Source of the DNA: Trichoplax adhaerens
Taxonomy: Eukaryota; Animalia; Placozoa
DNA length: 64,000 nt
Assembly (NCBI RefSeq): GCF_000150275.1
Contig: NW_002060954.1
Location: 806,001-870,000, forward strand
Direction: 5' to 3'
Position numbers and translations under genes: made by a program. The notes under the pieces are model-generated. The model was given only the letters and a program-made list of their open reading frames with translations. It was not told the origin of the DNA and did not search any database. This document shows positions 1 to 13,888 of the stretch, in pieces. Numbering within the stretch: the stretch's first letter is position 1; the number at the start of each line of letters is the position of its first letter.

Positions 1-1129
1 GAAATAGTCAAGATATTGTCAGATATAATAAGGAAATTCCCATATGCTTTTATCGCGCAGGGGGTCCCTAACTGATCTGATTAGTAAGATCTGAAGTTGT
101 CTCTAAATTAAACGAAATGCAGATATGAAAGATAGCTATTTCGAGCAATTTTTAACTATAAAAGTTAACCGATTTAAATTTGATTGCTTTAGTAAAGGTA
201 AAATGAAATTAAAAGAAGAGATAACTAACCAACATAACAGTTTTAACTCTGCTCATAATTTACATGTACGAAAATAGATGCAAGTATAATTTACAAAAAA
301 TGTCTGCTTATTTTGTCTGATTCTGTCCTTGTAATTTTTATAATACTACTTCAGCTTTTCACTATTACGGGATATAATTTGTGCGCATATTTTATTGATT
401 ACCACGCCCGTTCAGCAACTACAACATAAAATCTGTTGTCTGATATTACAATGTAGTTTAGATGATGAGATTAATATTTTAATGTTTTCTTTATGCAAAA
501 CTAAATATTTTAATAAATTAGATGGTTAAAACTCTGGTCACGAAATTATCAAGAAAGTACTGCAATTTATGTTTTGAGAAATAATCGGTAGTATATAAAA
601 ATTCAAGTAGCGTTGTTAAATTGATTTAAAATAAATAGACAAGTGAGCAAGGAGGGGGGCGATCATCGTGTCGCGTCGATGTTAATGCGGCTATGTTATT
701 AATATTGACCGTCTGGAATGTGACCGAAGATAAATATATCAACAAGCGACATTAAAGTAGACTGTCCCTAACGTAACTATTCTGTTTATACTACATTAAT
801 AGGGTAATAATATTATTAATTAACATTCAGTAAATTAGCCACGAATGGGATTTATCTCATCTCTATACCCGTTATTATTGTTAGGAGATGGCGCTACCTC
901 CTACGGTATGTTATTAATCACTACAGTATAAATCCAATCAGATAAGCTGAAAAGCCTTTTTATGCCAGTACCTATCCAGCCATAACTATCATACGCGTAT
1001 ATCGAAGTATAACTTATAAAAATTACGTGATATTTGGTTCCAACAGTCACTTGATTACTTATTGTAACCAATAAGAAAAGATCATTTAATTAAAATACAC
1101 TCAAGACTACTGAGTTGAAAAGGGAAAAA

Positions 1130-3827
1130 ATGAAGATCATTCGTGTTTCATTATGGCTTCCATTACTGACTGTTCTTGGGCTAAGTGATCATATTAGTGC
1201 TATGTTTCATGGTGGTGACATTATCCATGACGGACAGTCTAATTCGGCTAATACAGACATGGTGCATAGAGTGACACCTGTCAGACAGCCAACAAAGGTT
1301 AGTAAGTTAAAAGGCAATAACTTATCGATATTTACTATTCATCTACGGTATGACTATTAATCATCTAGATTGTATCGTCAAGCTTATTGGGATCTTGATT
1401 CTACCTAAAATATTAGTGTTGAATAAGTTGTTCTCGTTATTTATGAGAAGATTTTACCGATTTCTTAATATCCATTCAATTTTACATGCTAACCACAGAT
1501 GACTCTTGATTGAAATGATATTATTTTAAATCGATATCGATATCATTAAAAAGTATATAATTTATCTTGATGTTTTCATAGGTAGTACACGATGTAAAAA
1601 TTCGATCAGCAGACAAAGTTTACCTCTACAGCAAGATTAATTCTTGTACCAGGCCTAATGCTAGTGTACTGGCTACTTGTGGTATCGACTATCGGGTGCC
1701 AACTACTGTATTATTTCATAATATACTGCAAGTGAAGAATTATTTAGCCCAGATGGCCCGCCGGAATATGATTGTCTACAATAGCAAGTGCGCTTCTATT
1801 GTTACGAAAATCAAATGCAAAACATTGCTACCAAGATGTTCCGAGGATTATACGACAGTTTATTTAAACGACATACAGGAAGAATGTAATCAAGCCGCGA
1901 TATGGTGTCAAAATGCCACTAATTTCCCCCACGTTAATATTTGCAAACAGAATCGTAGTGTTTATAGCTTTAATCAATGTATTAAACCGCCATTATCTTT
2001 CGATAATCCATCACTATGCAATCAACCTATGCTACCGTCTTATAGTACCATTCCACAATGGCTGCTACCAAATTTAAAGCTAAGTTCATCAAGATTAAAT
2101 GAGAATTTACGACTCTTATTATCTTTAAATGGTGCCAAAAATGGATGTATTGACAAAACTATTATGACGATGTGCCAATCCATTCCACATTGCTCTACCG
2201 ACGGTACCCATTTATTAACAACCCTATCTGAGAGTCAATGCGAAGCAACAGTTAAGTGGTAGGTAATCGCTATTAGATATCGCACTTATAAATGATGACA
2301 ACTGTGTTGTTTCCTAGCTCGTCATGATTGATTATAATATTAAATTGCCCATATCAGAGCCATTTATACCGTTTGTAAGTAATTAGTTTTCATTGATAGT
2401 TACTTCAAACAATATTGTTTGAGTTTGTCAAGGCAATCGATAAAATTGTCTGATACCTAATAAGGCGAGATATAGAAAGCGATTTTTAGCTAAAACATAT
2501 GTCTAACAAGTATTAATTAATGGCTTGTAAGAGTTATGTAATCATAGCTGACTGCAGTCTTATTAGAATATTAATTTGAAACTGCGAAACCGACTAATAC
2601 TATAGAAAAATTCATTGACTTGCTACCTTATTGAGAATCCTAATCTGGAACTCTTCAGAACTGTATGGGATGGTCGATTAATTGATTGATAGCTTATCTA
2701 CCATTAGAATTTTTAATAATTTTAAAAGAAAATCTTTTCTAAATACCCGATTGTTGGGCTATGTAACTCAGAGTCTATAGTCGAATCCTTCCTTAGTGTA
2801 AAATATGAGTACTTAATAAATAGTTTTGTTGATCGTTTAGTCGCGAAATACTTTTTGATCTTACTCGAATTAAAATTTGTAGGTTTTTTTAAGTTTCACT
2901 AAATCGTTTCGTTTTCATATTAACAAGAAGCTGATCTAGCATAAAAGCAAATCGTATAGGGTTATAAATCCTACGTGCTGATAGGCGAATTCTCTTGTTA
3001 ATTCTGATAGTTTACTTGAGATTACATTCTCAAATAGAATTAACTATTGCTATATAATTTTGAAATGGGAGAAACATCAGTAACTTTCAGTCGTTATATT
3101 CCTCATAACCAGCGATTATAGTTCCTTGTTGCTAACTAAGGAAAATTCTGATTATTTTTCTACAGCATAATCACTACATCATTAACTAATGTTAGATTTC
3201 TTTTATTTAGTCTGTAATAATCGTACACTAATAATGAGCAACCACAACTGAATATACTCTAATTAATATAAAATTAACTTTATAGATTGAAACTTGTTCA
3301 TAATCATGTCATCAACAGAAATAGATCGATCTCGCATACTTGTTTTCCGTAAATTTTAGAATTCATATACGTAAATTGTTCATGCTAATCGCAGTGATTA
3401 ATCACTTTGATGTACGATTTTACAAGTGAATGTTAATGTTAGATTTTGACGAAATTGTTATTATATTTAAATTCTTAGCCTGCCGAAACAATCTAGAACA
3501 GTGGTGGATGTCATGATGAGTTGTAAAGTTTTTTCCAATGTCAATGTTAATACAACACTTATCTCTACAAGTCAGTTCGCAACAACAATAAAAGCTACAA
3601 CCTCGACAATTTCAACAACTCTTACTACAGTTGCTAGCACTGCTATTCCTTCTAAAGTGGCTAATACCGCTGTAGAAATTATTACGCCAGGAGTAGGTGC
3701 CAACAATATGGTTTCAGGATCGTATTCTACATCAAGTAATGGTTCATACAACGTTAGATCGTCTCCTATATTTAGTTTTATCGTAGCTATTTCGATTTCC
3801 ATTTTAATGTGCCATAGATTACTATAA
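1130..3827 (+). CDS. Predicted secreted/GPI-anchored protein with two tandem Frizzled-CRD-like cysteine-rich domains and a Ser/Thr-rich stalk (3 exons: 1130-1297, 1582-2258, 3479-3827)
   Basis: Signal-peptide-like start MKIIRVSLWLPLLTVLGLS. GT-AG junctions join the three ORFs in frame (AAG|gttagt...catag|GTA; TG|gtaggt...cttag|C). Two repeats of a C...C-x4/5-P-x-C...C...C pattern (CKTLLPRC, CQSIPHC). Thr-rich region followed by SSNGS and a hydrophobic C-terminus (IFSFIVAISISILM). The domain assignment is by eye. Confidence 0.75.
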
Positions 3828-4706
3828 ATGAAAGGAGTTTGATTCTATTGTAAGGTATGAATTATTGTGATATAAACATTCGTAAACGAATTTGAATATT
3901 CGTTGAATTTATGTAGGGTGGCACGATATTATGATACTCATGGTGCCAGCATTAAATACCTCCTCTTTTCATAATAGAATGGTGCAACATTATTTGATAA
4001 GAGCTTGACAGTAACAATTCGTGATATTTGGTTATTATTCTAGAGTTGTTAGAATTAATAATGCTAACACAAGTGCCATTTTCTAAATACAGTACCAGTA
4101 CCTGTTAATCACCATAATTTTATTCGCAACTTTCATTTTTCTGTATAACGATGCAATCAATTTAGATGTAGAAATATTATGTTGTAACTCCATTTTATAA
4201 ATTATCCTTAATTAATTATATCCTTATCTGTAATCTACTTACTCATGTTCATTGTATTGTTTCAAGTTGAGATAGAAATACTGTAATTATACAATTTTAA
4301 TATAGGCTACTATCAGGTGGTTCTCAATCGTAAACAACGTTTTCTTATGCATTTAAACTTATCCAATGTTGTTTACAATGTTTCTTTTCGGTCTATTCAG
4401 CTTTATAAAGGCACAATTTTAAAATTCGCCCTTGCATTTTGTCGATATTGTTTTTATAACTGGTTATCTTCGATTACTTTATGGAATCCTTCATGACTAA
4501 TGCACAGGTGAAATAAAATTATAATAAATGTATATGCATTGATTTTATATAGTCAAGATAGAAGCTATCTTTTTGTAGATATAACATTTAGATCAAAAAA
4601 TATGTATTCGGCCTAGATTAAGGTGTGCGTAGTAGAAAAGTAATACTGACTGATTTCAATATAATTTGCGAAGAGATTGCGGAGGTATATAAAGTGATAA
4701 AGTTAG

Positions 4707-7395
4707 CTATATTTTTTTGGCGCATATCCATACATTATCCTCATCCGTAGGGAAATGCCATGATTGGTCATTAGTTTGGACTACTGTATCGTAAACAGGA
4801 CAGTTCTGTAATAAAAAATAAAGGTAGAAATAATTACATTAAAATATCACATCAATTAAGATAATTGGATAGCATAGCTCTTTGATTATGTTGTAAGTTT
4901 TACTTGCCGTCAAGATAAGTTTCTTTCCTTTTCGGAAGCGTTCAACGCGAACTTGGTGTCCGCGCAACCATTGCAAAAAGTCTTTCAAGAGCGTCAGACT
5001 GAAGCCCTTCTTAAAATCTCGAAATTGATCATCTGATATTAACTTAACATTCATTCCACCATGTACGGCGGCATATAAAAAGTACACATCATCGCTATGG
5101 CTATCCAAGAACAGAGAAATCAAAATTCATTTATAGATTATAAGATATTGTTAAAATCGCATTATTGAGCATCAACTAAATATAGCATAAGAGTACATTA
5201 AACGATTATTTATGACTTCATCAGGCAGATATAGTAATCTTTAATAGAAATATATAACTGAATATCTATTGCATACTTGTTTGGACACAAGAATACTCGG
5301 CAACTGGAAAAGATACTATCAATCATGGCTTTATACTTGGTAGACTTGTTTGACTCCTTTAAAAGATGAATTCTTGCAATTAGCAGTATTTCTTTGCCGA
5401 GTGCCCTGTAATGTCGTATCACTTTCAGGATCTGTTAAACAACAAATTTCTAAATTTCAAACTTCACAGCATTTTATAATCCACTATAGTACCACTAATC
5501 AACAAAAGCTGGTGAAGTTATTAGAAAACTAAACTATCTTGTTTTTCCTTGAGTACTTTTTATTCCTCGTAACAATTAGAATAGACATGTTTCACAAATT
5601 ACCTTCAAAGGATCAAAAGAATTACGACCATGGGCTATGTTCAGTCCATCAATAACGATATCTACTTTACGAGTAGGATGGAGCCATTGACAGAAATCTT
5701 TGAAAGGATCTTGACTATATTTTACGAGCACCTTCTGATCAGGGGAGCCGTAAGCAATTTTACCGCTATAATCTGACATTATTGCATTACTGTCACCCTT
5801 ATATTTCTTAAAGATTTCACCACTGGATATTGATTGCGATATAACTTCTCGCAAGCGTTCTTGTCGGTCGGATGTTAGTTCGATAGATTCTAGTTGCGCT
5901 TTGCAAGATTTGCAGTAACCACTAAATGTCAACAATAGATATGATCAGTACAACAGTTGCAACAGTATCGATGTAAAATCGACTTGATTTTACGCCTATT
6001 AAGATGATAAAGTTAGTGCATCACTGTTTCATAATTGTGCATGTAAATCGACATGATAAAAATTTTACTACATTACTAAGTAAGGGTATGCTATTACTGT
6101 ATGTTACAGCAGCCAATCTGTCAATATTAAAATATTTCATAATAATAATAATTGTGCCAAACATTTTATTATTGTAAATTCTGATATACTACATGTGAAT
6201 AAATAAAAATATTTTAAAGTCAATCATTTAAGCAAACATTGCTATACCTGTGCGTAATCGCTGTATGGCGTATTTCCCAATTGCTCGTAGGATGACTAGA
6301 GAAGATAGATAATTTTAAAAAAGATTAAAGAAAGTAACAATTACTGTTTGCAAGTTCTAGTGATAGAGTGTTATAAGCTACACAAAAGAGTCCAATCTGA
6401 TGTGATTCAAGTTGTCTGATGCTATTGCTTTTAATCACCTTCTAAACCATTTCAATATAGAAGGTTTGAGATGCGAACCTATACGCAAACCTTCTCTCCG
6501 AAATATTTCATAGATATGTTGAGCTAATTTAAATATTTCTGTTGAATCTTGGCTAATTGAATTGCAAAAACAATATAAATGAACGAAAAATTGAAGGACA
6601 ATTTTTACATGCCATATTGTATGATCGATGTTATTATGACATCGAGCGAGATTTGTTTACTGACCTTCTTGCACACATTTCAATGATATCACAATAGATA
6701 TTATCATCAGGGAATAAATATAATTTATCTGGATTCTTGATTTCATTTAATAAGTCAAAGACTAGTTGATGTTGATTGTCTAATGCAGCTGCAGAAATTA
6801 ATGGACTATAGTTTCGGGCTTTACCATATATACCTTTGGATTGCATTTCTCTGAGTAAGTTTAAAGCTGTTACCCAATTGTTCATTTTGGAATATCCACT
6901 TGCTAAAGTGCTATATGTCGTAGCATCAAAAGCTACATTTTGTAGTCTTATTTTTTTTTCACATTGAATCATTTTATCGAATAAGTTATACCTGATTACT
7001 AAATACAGATACGAATTAAACGTACCGATATCTAGAGTGACCGATTGGTTAATAGATTGATCCATTAATTCAATAGCTTCATTAATAGTATCCTGTTTAC
7101 AACACCATGCCATTCGCTTACGGTAGTAATGAGGTTTAGTATCGTCATCAGGATCGTACGGGATTTTCCATTTTTTCCGATGTAACTTTAAACAGTCGAT
7201 CGTGAAGTTTTGTTTCGATTTTTTATTTATATTTTGATCGAATATCAATAAATGATGATCATAACGATGAGACCATAAATGGATGAACTGAGATGTTGTA
7301 GCGATAATACGTTGTGGATAAAGAGAAGGCGAAGATCGAAGAATTGAGTATCGCCGCGTAGCATAATTTAGGTAATATAATCCACGAGCATTCAT
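4707..7395 (-). CDS. PRORP: Mitochondrial protein-only RNase P catalytic subunit (PRORP/MRPP3), about 7 exons
   Basis: Arg/Ser-rich N-terminal presequence, PPR repeats (TTYSTLASGYSK, RNYSPLISAAA), Zn-binding GYCKSC, NYN nuclease motifs DIVIDGLNIAH, DDVYFLYAA and LISDDQFRD, and C-terminal SWHFP...WIC with stop at 4707-4709. Confidence 0.93.
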
Positions 7396-8265
7396 AATTT
7401 GAATGTTGATATTCTTCTAAAGTGGTTGCAATGGAAAAGCAGGCAATTAACGAAAGGCCAACTTTGTAGTGCTGGAACAAAAATAGGTTCTTGAATAAAC
7501 TAGCAACAAGTTGTCAAGTGTAATTTCCACGATGTATTCTAAAATAATTGTACACGTACACATATACACGCCTGTGTGCATCGATGATATTTCTATCTAC
7601 TGATGCTACTGCACATTAGTGTACAACGAACCGTATAAAACAATAACACAAAGACCTTGCCATACTACCGATCATTACTGTTGGATATTTTTGAAATTTA
7701 TGCACAATAAATAGATTCTTGTTTATTCGTCTATTTGCCGATTTAACTGCTATTGCTGCCAAAGTCGTGGTTCGTGGCTTTAAGTATGGAAAGGCTTTAT
7801 TGACAAGCAAATCAGATACTTCGTGATGATAACAAAATTGCAGTAATATTAGAGCAGAGTTTCCAGGGTGATTCTAGCTCCAACTATCACCATCACATCA
7901 CCATGTGTAGCTATTCATACCTGAGCAATTTTTGTATTAGAATTTTGTGACAGATTTTCATCCGCTAATCCCCAATATACTGTACAGTACTGTAATGTAA
8001 TATAGTGTCTGCTTCAGGGTGCCGTATGCACATGTACAAATTGTACAGTACAGTATGGTGTTTTAAAATTAAGCTCAAAAAGGCGCCAGAGTTCAGGATC
8101 TACAGTACAGTACAGTACTGTACTGTACACTGTACTATACTGTACTGTACATTGTGCTATTTACAATATTATGTGGAACTAGCATACCGGCAACGACTAA
8201 ACTCCATGGTTACAATCTTGAATTGAGCACAGGAAGGTGAAATTCATTGCAACGATTATTTTGGA

Positions 8266-8341
8266 CATTATAAGAGTAAGATGAGCATTAGTTGTCTTAG
8301 TTACATTATAAAAGTAAGATGAGCATTATTTGTCTTAGTTA
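8266..8341. repeat. 38-bp tandem duplication (2 copies)
   Basis: cattataa(g/a)agtaagatgagcatta(g/t)ttgtcttagtta occurs twice head-to-tail with 2 mismatches. Confidence 0.9.
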
Positions 8342-9658
8342 CATGTAGCTCTTTATCAGGTAATAGCATGAGTGAAGCGTATTGTATTCAAGAAAAAAAA
8401 CAACTACGAGTAAATTAGTTGATTTGTCGATCCAAATAGCCCTAACCACTGCACGTACTGTCATAACACTGATCAAAGATACAATTTATCACTGGTGATA
8501 CAGCTCCAGAAGTACGGTAGTTTATTCATAATACATATAGTAGAATATAACATTATCATTAATGAAACATAATTCTATAATATATCACAATGATGATATT
8601 TAAGTCTCAAGTTGCCGTAAAAGCACATTATGAAGTAAAGTATTGTTACGGTGTTGCCTTGCCGTTAGGATAGTTTAATAAGTACAGTAGTGCTGTAGCT
8701 AATATGGAAAATATCCATATTTGTAGATAAGTAATGCTTTAACGTGGATGTTGTTTCTGATAGTTCATTACATAGTTGATATTGATTGCTATTGTGTGAT
8801 AGACAGTAGTAACATCATTCAAGTTCTAGTTGATGATAGTTGAATTAGACGACCTACTGTACGTGCTTAGATTAAGATTACTGTAAGTATGAGTAAGAGA
8901 TTCGAAACATTTAATGATAGAAAAGCTATATAAGGAACATATCAGTTCGAGATGTTTCTCCTAGTGAAATAATAGTAATAATAATACTGTTGTTGTTTAC
9001 AAATTAGACGTTTCCTATATAGATGGGAATATTTGAGTTGAGTGGTATGGTGAAAAGTTGAGATGTATCTTTGCTAATAAAAGTTTTATCTTTACCGTAA
9101 TTTGCTGTGTGTGCTTAACGTTAAGTAAATGGGCGTTTAAGTCAGTAGCTACTTATAATAAACTTTTACTGTACGTTACCTTATTGCAGAGTTGAAATTG
9201 TGACAAATATGGTATAATACAGTAAGTCCACGAATTTTAAAAAATTAAATATACTGTATTTAGATTATCTGGTGATGTATATATAGGAATGGCCGTAACA
9301 TAATAGCTTGATCGTAGTGTCTACATCAAAATAATCATGCACGCATGTAATCAATTCTTTTAAATCGCTTATACTGTACATTAAGTTGTAATACTTTAAT
9401 ATTTTTAGGGAATATCTTGTAGCGAATTTTATTTCTATCGATATTGCAATTGTTTTGAAGAAATGGACGACTGAAATACGTATACAAGTACAAGCTTACA
9501 GAGCAGAATTTTACCCTCCAGAATATTTTCTCTGGAAGATTGGTTGCTATGGTCTGGGATTTGATTTTGCAATTCAAGCACGAGCCCATAGGTGGTAATT
9601 TCAAAAACGCTATTATTATCCTGGATAATATCGTACACCAGGTTACATTTAGTACGTC

Positions 9659-12218
9659 ATGATGGAGGAAAGCTTATTTTCCTTAGAAATATTAATAGAT
9701 TGTATCGAAAATCTACAAGTCCATTGTGCTTTGCCGGCTATATCCTTTCGATTTCTTGATTTTCCAATTAACACCATTTACCAACTTGATCCTCAAGCTG
9801 TTGACGAATTAAAGCAACAATATTCATCAGATCAACTAAATTCATCATTTCTACCACGAGATATTGAACAAAAAGTTCGAAATTACGATGGTAGCTACAC
9901 CATCAATCGAGGTAAATCGTGCTTATTTAAAATGAATTTAAAAGATTTACGTGAGTATTTATCCAGCACACCTTTATGTCTCATGATCATTGATGTTTGG
10001 CAAAAAGTTCCGAAATTGGTTGGTAGCATTTTGATATCACTAAATCATTGCATGGAAAAGATCTATGCCAAAACTAGTAGATTGGATATTAATATCCCAG
10101 TTATTATAGGAGAGAAAGGTACTTTTCCAATACATAATCTAATGGGAGCTAAAATAGGAATGATGTCGTTAAAGTACAAACTATTAAGTATGGGGCAATC
10201 TCTACTACCTCATGTTACTGATAATCTGTCAACTGTAAATCAACAACAGCAGTCTCTACTTCAAGCGGAAGTAAGTAAAACTGTAAATGCTTTAATAAAT
10301 GGACCTAATGATGAGCATGATAAAGAGCAAAGCCTACCTGTCAAGTCATCGAAAAAAACTGTCGAAACGCAGACTGAAGTTAAGAAATCAAAACTCAGAA
10401 AAGAAAATGAATTACTCTTATACAAAGAATTTACTCAAGAAGATAGAAATATTCCACAAAATATATCCGCAAATATATTTTGTCCGGTACCGTTATATTA
10501 TAATAGTTTATCTGATGATCAAGGATTAAAAGTAGGGACTTGCAGATATCAAGGTGAGAGTTCCGACGGCAGTGATTATGTCCCTGAAATTTTAGAGGTA
10601 GATACTTCGCCGGATTCTATTAAATCCCAGATGCATAAATTTCAAAATCAAGACAAAACTATTCCGGTCAAGGGCACTGATTCCCGACAAGTGCATTCAC
10701 GAAGTTTATCTGTTTCTTCTAAGGCTCAACTTAGGAGCAAACTTAATGAATTTCCAATATTGAATGCTCTATTAAGTGAAATTTTAGATCTTGTTAAAGA
10801 AGTTGATGTCGCCGACGATGAAGACAATTCAGAAACTAATTCCAGTTTGATTCCACATAGTTCCAATGAAACAAATGAAATAACTTTACATCATAATAAG
10901 GACAAATACACTTCAAAAAAGGGTTCAACTTTGAAATTTCGATCTACTAAAACGCAGCGATTAAGATTTGCAAAAATAAAAGAAAAAAAACGAGTTGATA
11001 AGATTTCAAACGATGTTGGCGATCGTATTGTAAATAATAATATAAAAGATGCAAAGGTTGATCCTAAGGCGCGTAGTGAATTGCATTCTAATGTTATAGA
11101 AGAAATAAATACCGATAAAATGGACAGCTCTAGCCTAAATAAAAATTACTCTAGCTCTGAAAATGGTGTAGATAATAATGCAACTGTATCATTTACCGAA
11201 AATCATACCGGAAATTCAGGGAGATTACAACCCGAAAAGGATAATAGCACTATGGAGGAAGGAGACATTAATAACATAGAGGTATTATCACGAAATGATC
11301 CTGGTTTTACATCAGATTTTCAAGATGATGGAGTAAATTCAGTATCAAGTAAAAACTGGAATTCACTTCCTGATATGCATGGCCTTGTGAAAACAACTGA
11401 AACGGTAGAAGAACCAGATCTTAAATCATACCACGAATCATGTTCTCCTGTAGAAGGCCAGAGCTCATCCGATGTACAATGTGAAGAGCCGAACTTGAGG
11501 CCTTATAGTGATGCAAAATCGTTAGCATACTCATATGTCCAAGATTTTTTGAAAGCAGAAGAGAACAAAGAACCACCAGTAGCAAGGAAGGAAAGTTTAA
11601 ATACGAGTAAACAAGTAGATAGCAAGAGTTCATCTGCTTCTGATTCCAAGCAACAAAGCTTATTGTCAGAACACGAAGATAGCTCGCACGGTGATCCCAG
11701 TCTAAGAAATAACGAGTAAGTAATTTTTAGATTATTTGGAATAGTTCTTTCTTTTCATACTATAAGTCGAGTATATTCAACCTATAATAAGTTGCTAGCT
11801 ATAAAAATCATGTATGACATAAAAGCAAGATAGATGTAAAATAGTAAAAATTTAACAGCATAATACATACCGTAGTGTTTATGTAGACGATCAGTCCGAG
11901 AATTCGTAGCCCACAAGTATAAACTTAGATTGGCAAATAATTAAATGTCAACTTCTGTATTGATGTTATAAATATATATTGTAAAAATGAGTGAACCAAT
12001 GTACAATAGCACTTGTAGATAGCTGCGTGTACTGTAAATGCCGATAAAACTATTTTATTGCGATTCGGAGAGTTTATGATTTTGATTAATGTATATTTTC
12101 TTTCTGTATTAAAAGTGGGGACAGATCAGACGATGAATATTCACAAGATTTTGAGGAAGAAAGATCAGACGAGGAAGAAAGCTATCCTAGCGATTTTGAA
12201 TCTTTCGACGAGAATTAG
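9659..12218 (+). CDS. MAP10: Microtubule-associated protein 10-like (exons 9659-11715 and 12116-12218)
   Basis: N-terminal LFSLEILID...PAISFRFLDFP...GKSCLF...NLMGAKIG matches the conserved MAP10 N-terminal domain, followed by a long Ser/acidic low-complexity tail. A GA|gtaagt donor at 11716 splices in frame to an acidic terminal exon (DDEYSQDFEE...YPSDFES). Confidence 0.82.
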
Positions 12219-13888
12219 CATTTGTGAACTATAAACATATGATGCTATGTAGTCATGTAGTCATGTATTCGGGAGATATACTGAAAGTTAATTGCGCTAT
12301 TCAATGACCATGATATTAGCTATCTTTTGCTGGAATTCTTAACATTTCTAGTTACTATACTTAAGTGTATTGTAAATAAATAATATGTCAAATTTATTTT
12401 GCGAATATTACATGTATATTGGATTAAATTGAAAATGGATATGATGATATTATCTATAGCAGCAATGAATAGCTGTTTAAGTTTTTCTAGGAATAGCAGT
12501 AAAGCGACGATACTTATCGTACATAATCATCGTTTCTTCTATTTCGAATCTAATTGTATGCTATACTGTAATGGACTACTTTAATAAATATAATATAAAT
12601 ATCCTGTCTAAAGTAGCTGCTTATTTATCTTTGATAATAAACTGATTTTCTACGGTGTTATCATCTTACATTCATAGATATAGCATCTACAAGTGATAAC
12701 ATGGATGATTCGTCTTAACTTTCTAATAATTGATTTTACTCAATAACTAAAATTAATACAACAATATTTATAGATATGGATGTCTACCGACTAATTCTAG
12801 ATAATAATTATATAGTAATATAATTCGAGATAACTGGACTATAGTATTTCAATTCGTATAATTTAATATTGATCAGAATTGTAATCACAGTGGATCGTGC
12901 AATCAACTAAATCTCCATTACTATGTACATGTATTAATATGACAGTGATAACGTAAAGTAAAAAGTACATGTAGTGTATGGTACCCGAAGTATCACGAGC
13001 GAAGGTTCGACTAGTACCTATTACGGTACAACATACAGTATAATTTACTGTAGCAAACTATAAATACAGTGATTCCTACTGCAAGTATTTTAATTGTAAT
13101 TGTCATATACTGTAAGTTAATAATCGTTCATTAAATTAGAATTAGGCTTCCTATTTTTAATGATAGTTCGTACTGAGACAGGAGGCTAATTTTAAAATTT
13201 TTATCCGGTAAATTCTGTTAAATTAATACATTTAATAAAGTATAAGCGACTAGGAATTAATAAGGAGATGAGCCTATTACCGTAAACGATAATACTTATT
13301 TCCTAGTTCCAACCATCTTCATTTTGAAGATTTGATTGTTTACTACATTTGTAATGACGCTTTGATAGGATTTACATTTAGAAAAAGCAACTGATAAGAA
13401 TAAAACGTTCTTAAAGGACAATATGTAAGCCGACAGTTTCGAATTGTTGCTATATTACTGTAGCTCTTTCGTAAGGCTGCTGCTATGCAGTCGTACGCTT
13501 AAATACGTAATTATAAGGATTTCCCGTTTAAAGATTTCAATCTTTTCATGACACAGCAAGATAGGTATTTAAATACGTATTCGCTTTATTAATTACCTGA
13601 TAGAATCGTAGTTAAACTATTTGTACTATTTGTACCATAAATACAGTTGACATTTGTGCGATGATGAAAATTTTCATTATTTTTCTATAGAAATCTCCCT
13701 ATAAAAACATGACGCTTGTTATCGATTGATAGTCCGTGAGATTCACAAAGATAATATCAGCAAATTTAGCATTCGGTCATTGCTAGAATCTTATTTACAA
13801 TATTCAGGCTAATCAGGCAGGCGGTGATGAATGTTTTTTAGAATGTGCATAAGATACAATTTCTTAAGCTATTTAAAATTCTATGCTA

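Noticed and set aside
3572-3802. Antisense ORFs overlapping real exons (also 52321-52572, 61095-61316, 19359-19583, 11421-11633)
   Set aside because: Shadow ORFs of coding sequence on the opposite strand, with no independent support.
12986-13016. Helitron 3' terminus (small hairpin followed by CTAG-T)
   Set aside because: Similarity between the two copies continues past the CTAG, so it does not behave as an element end.
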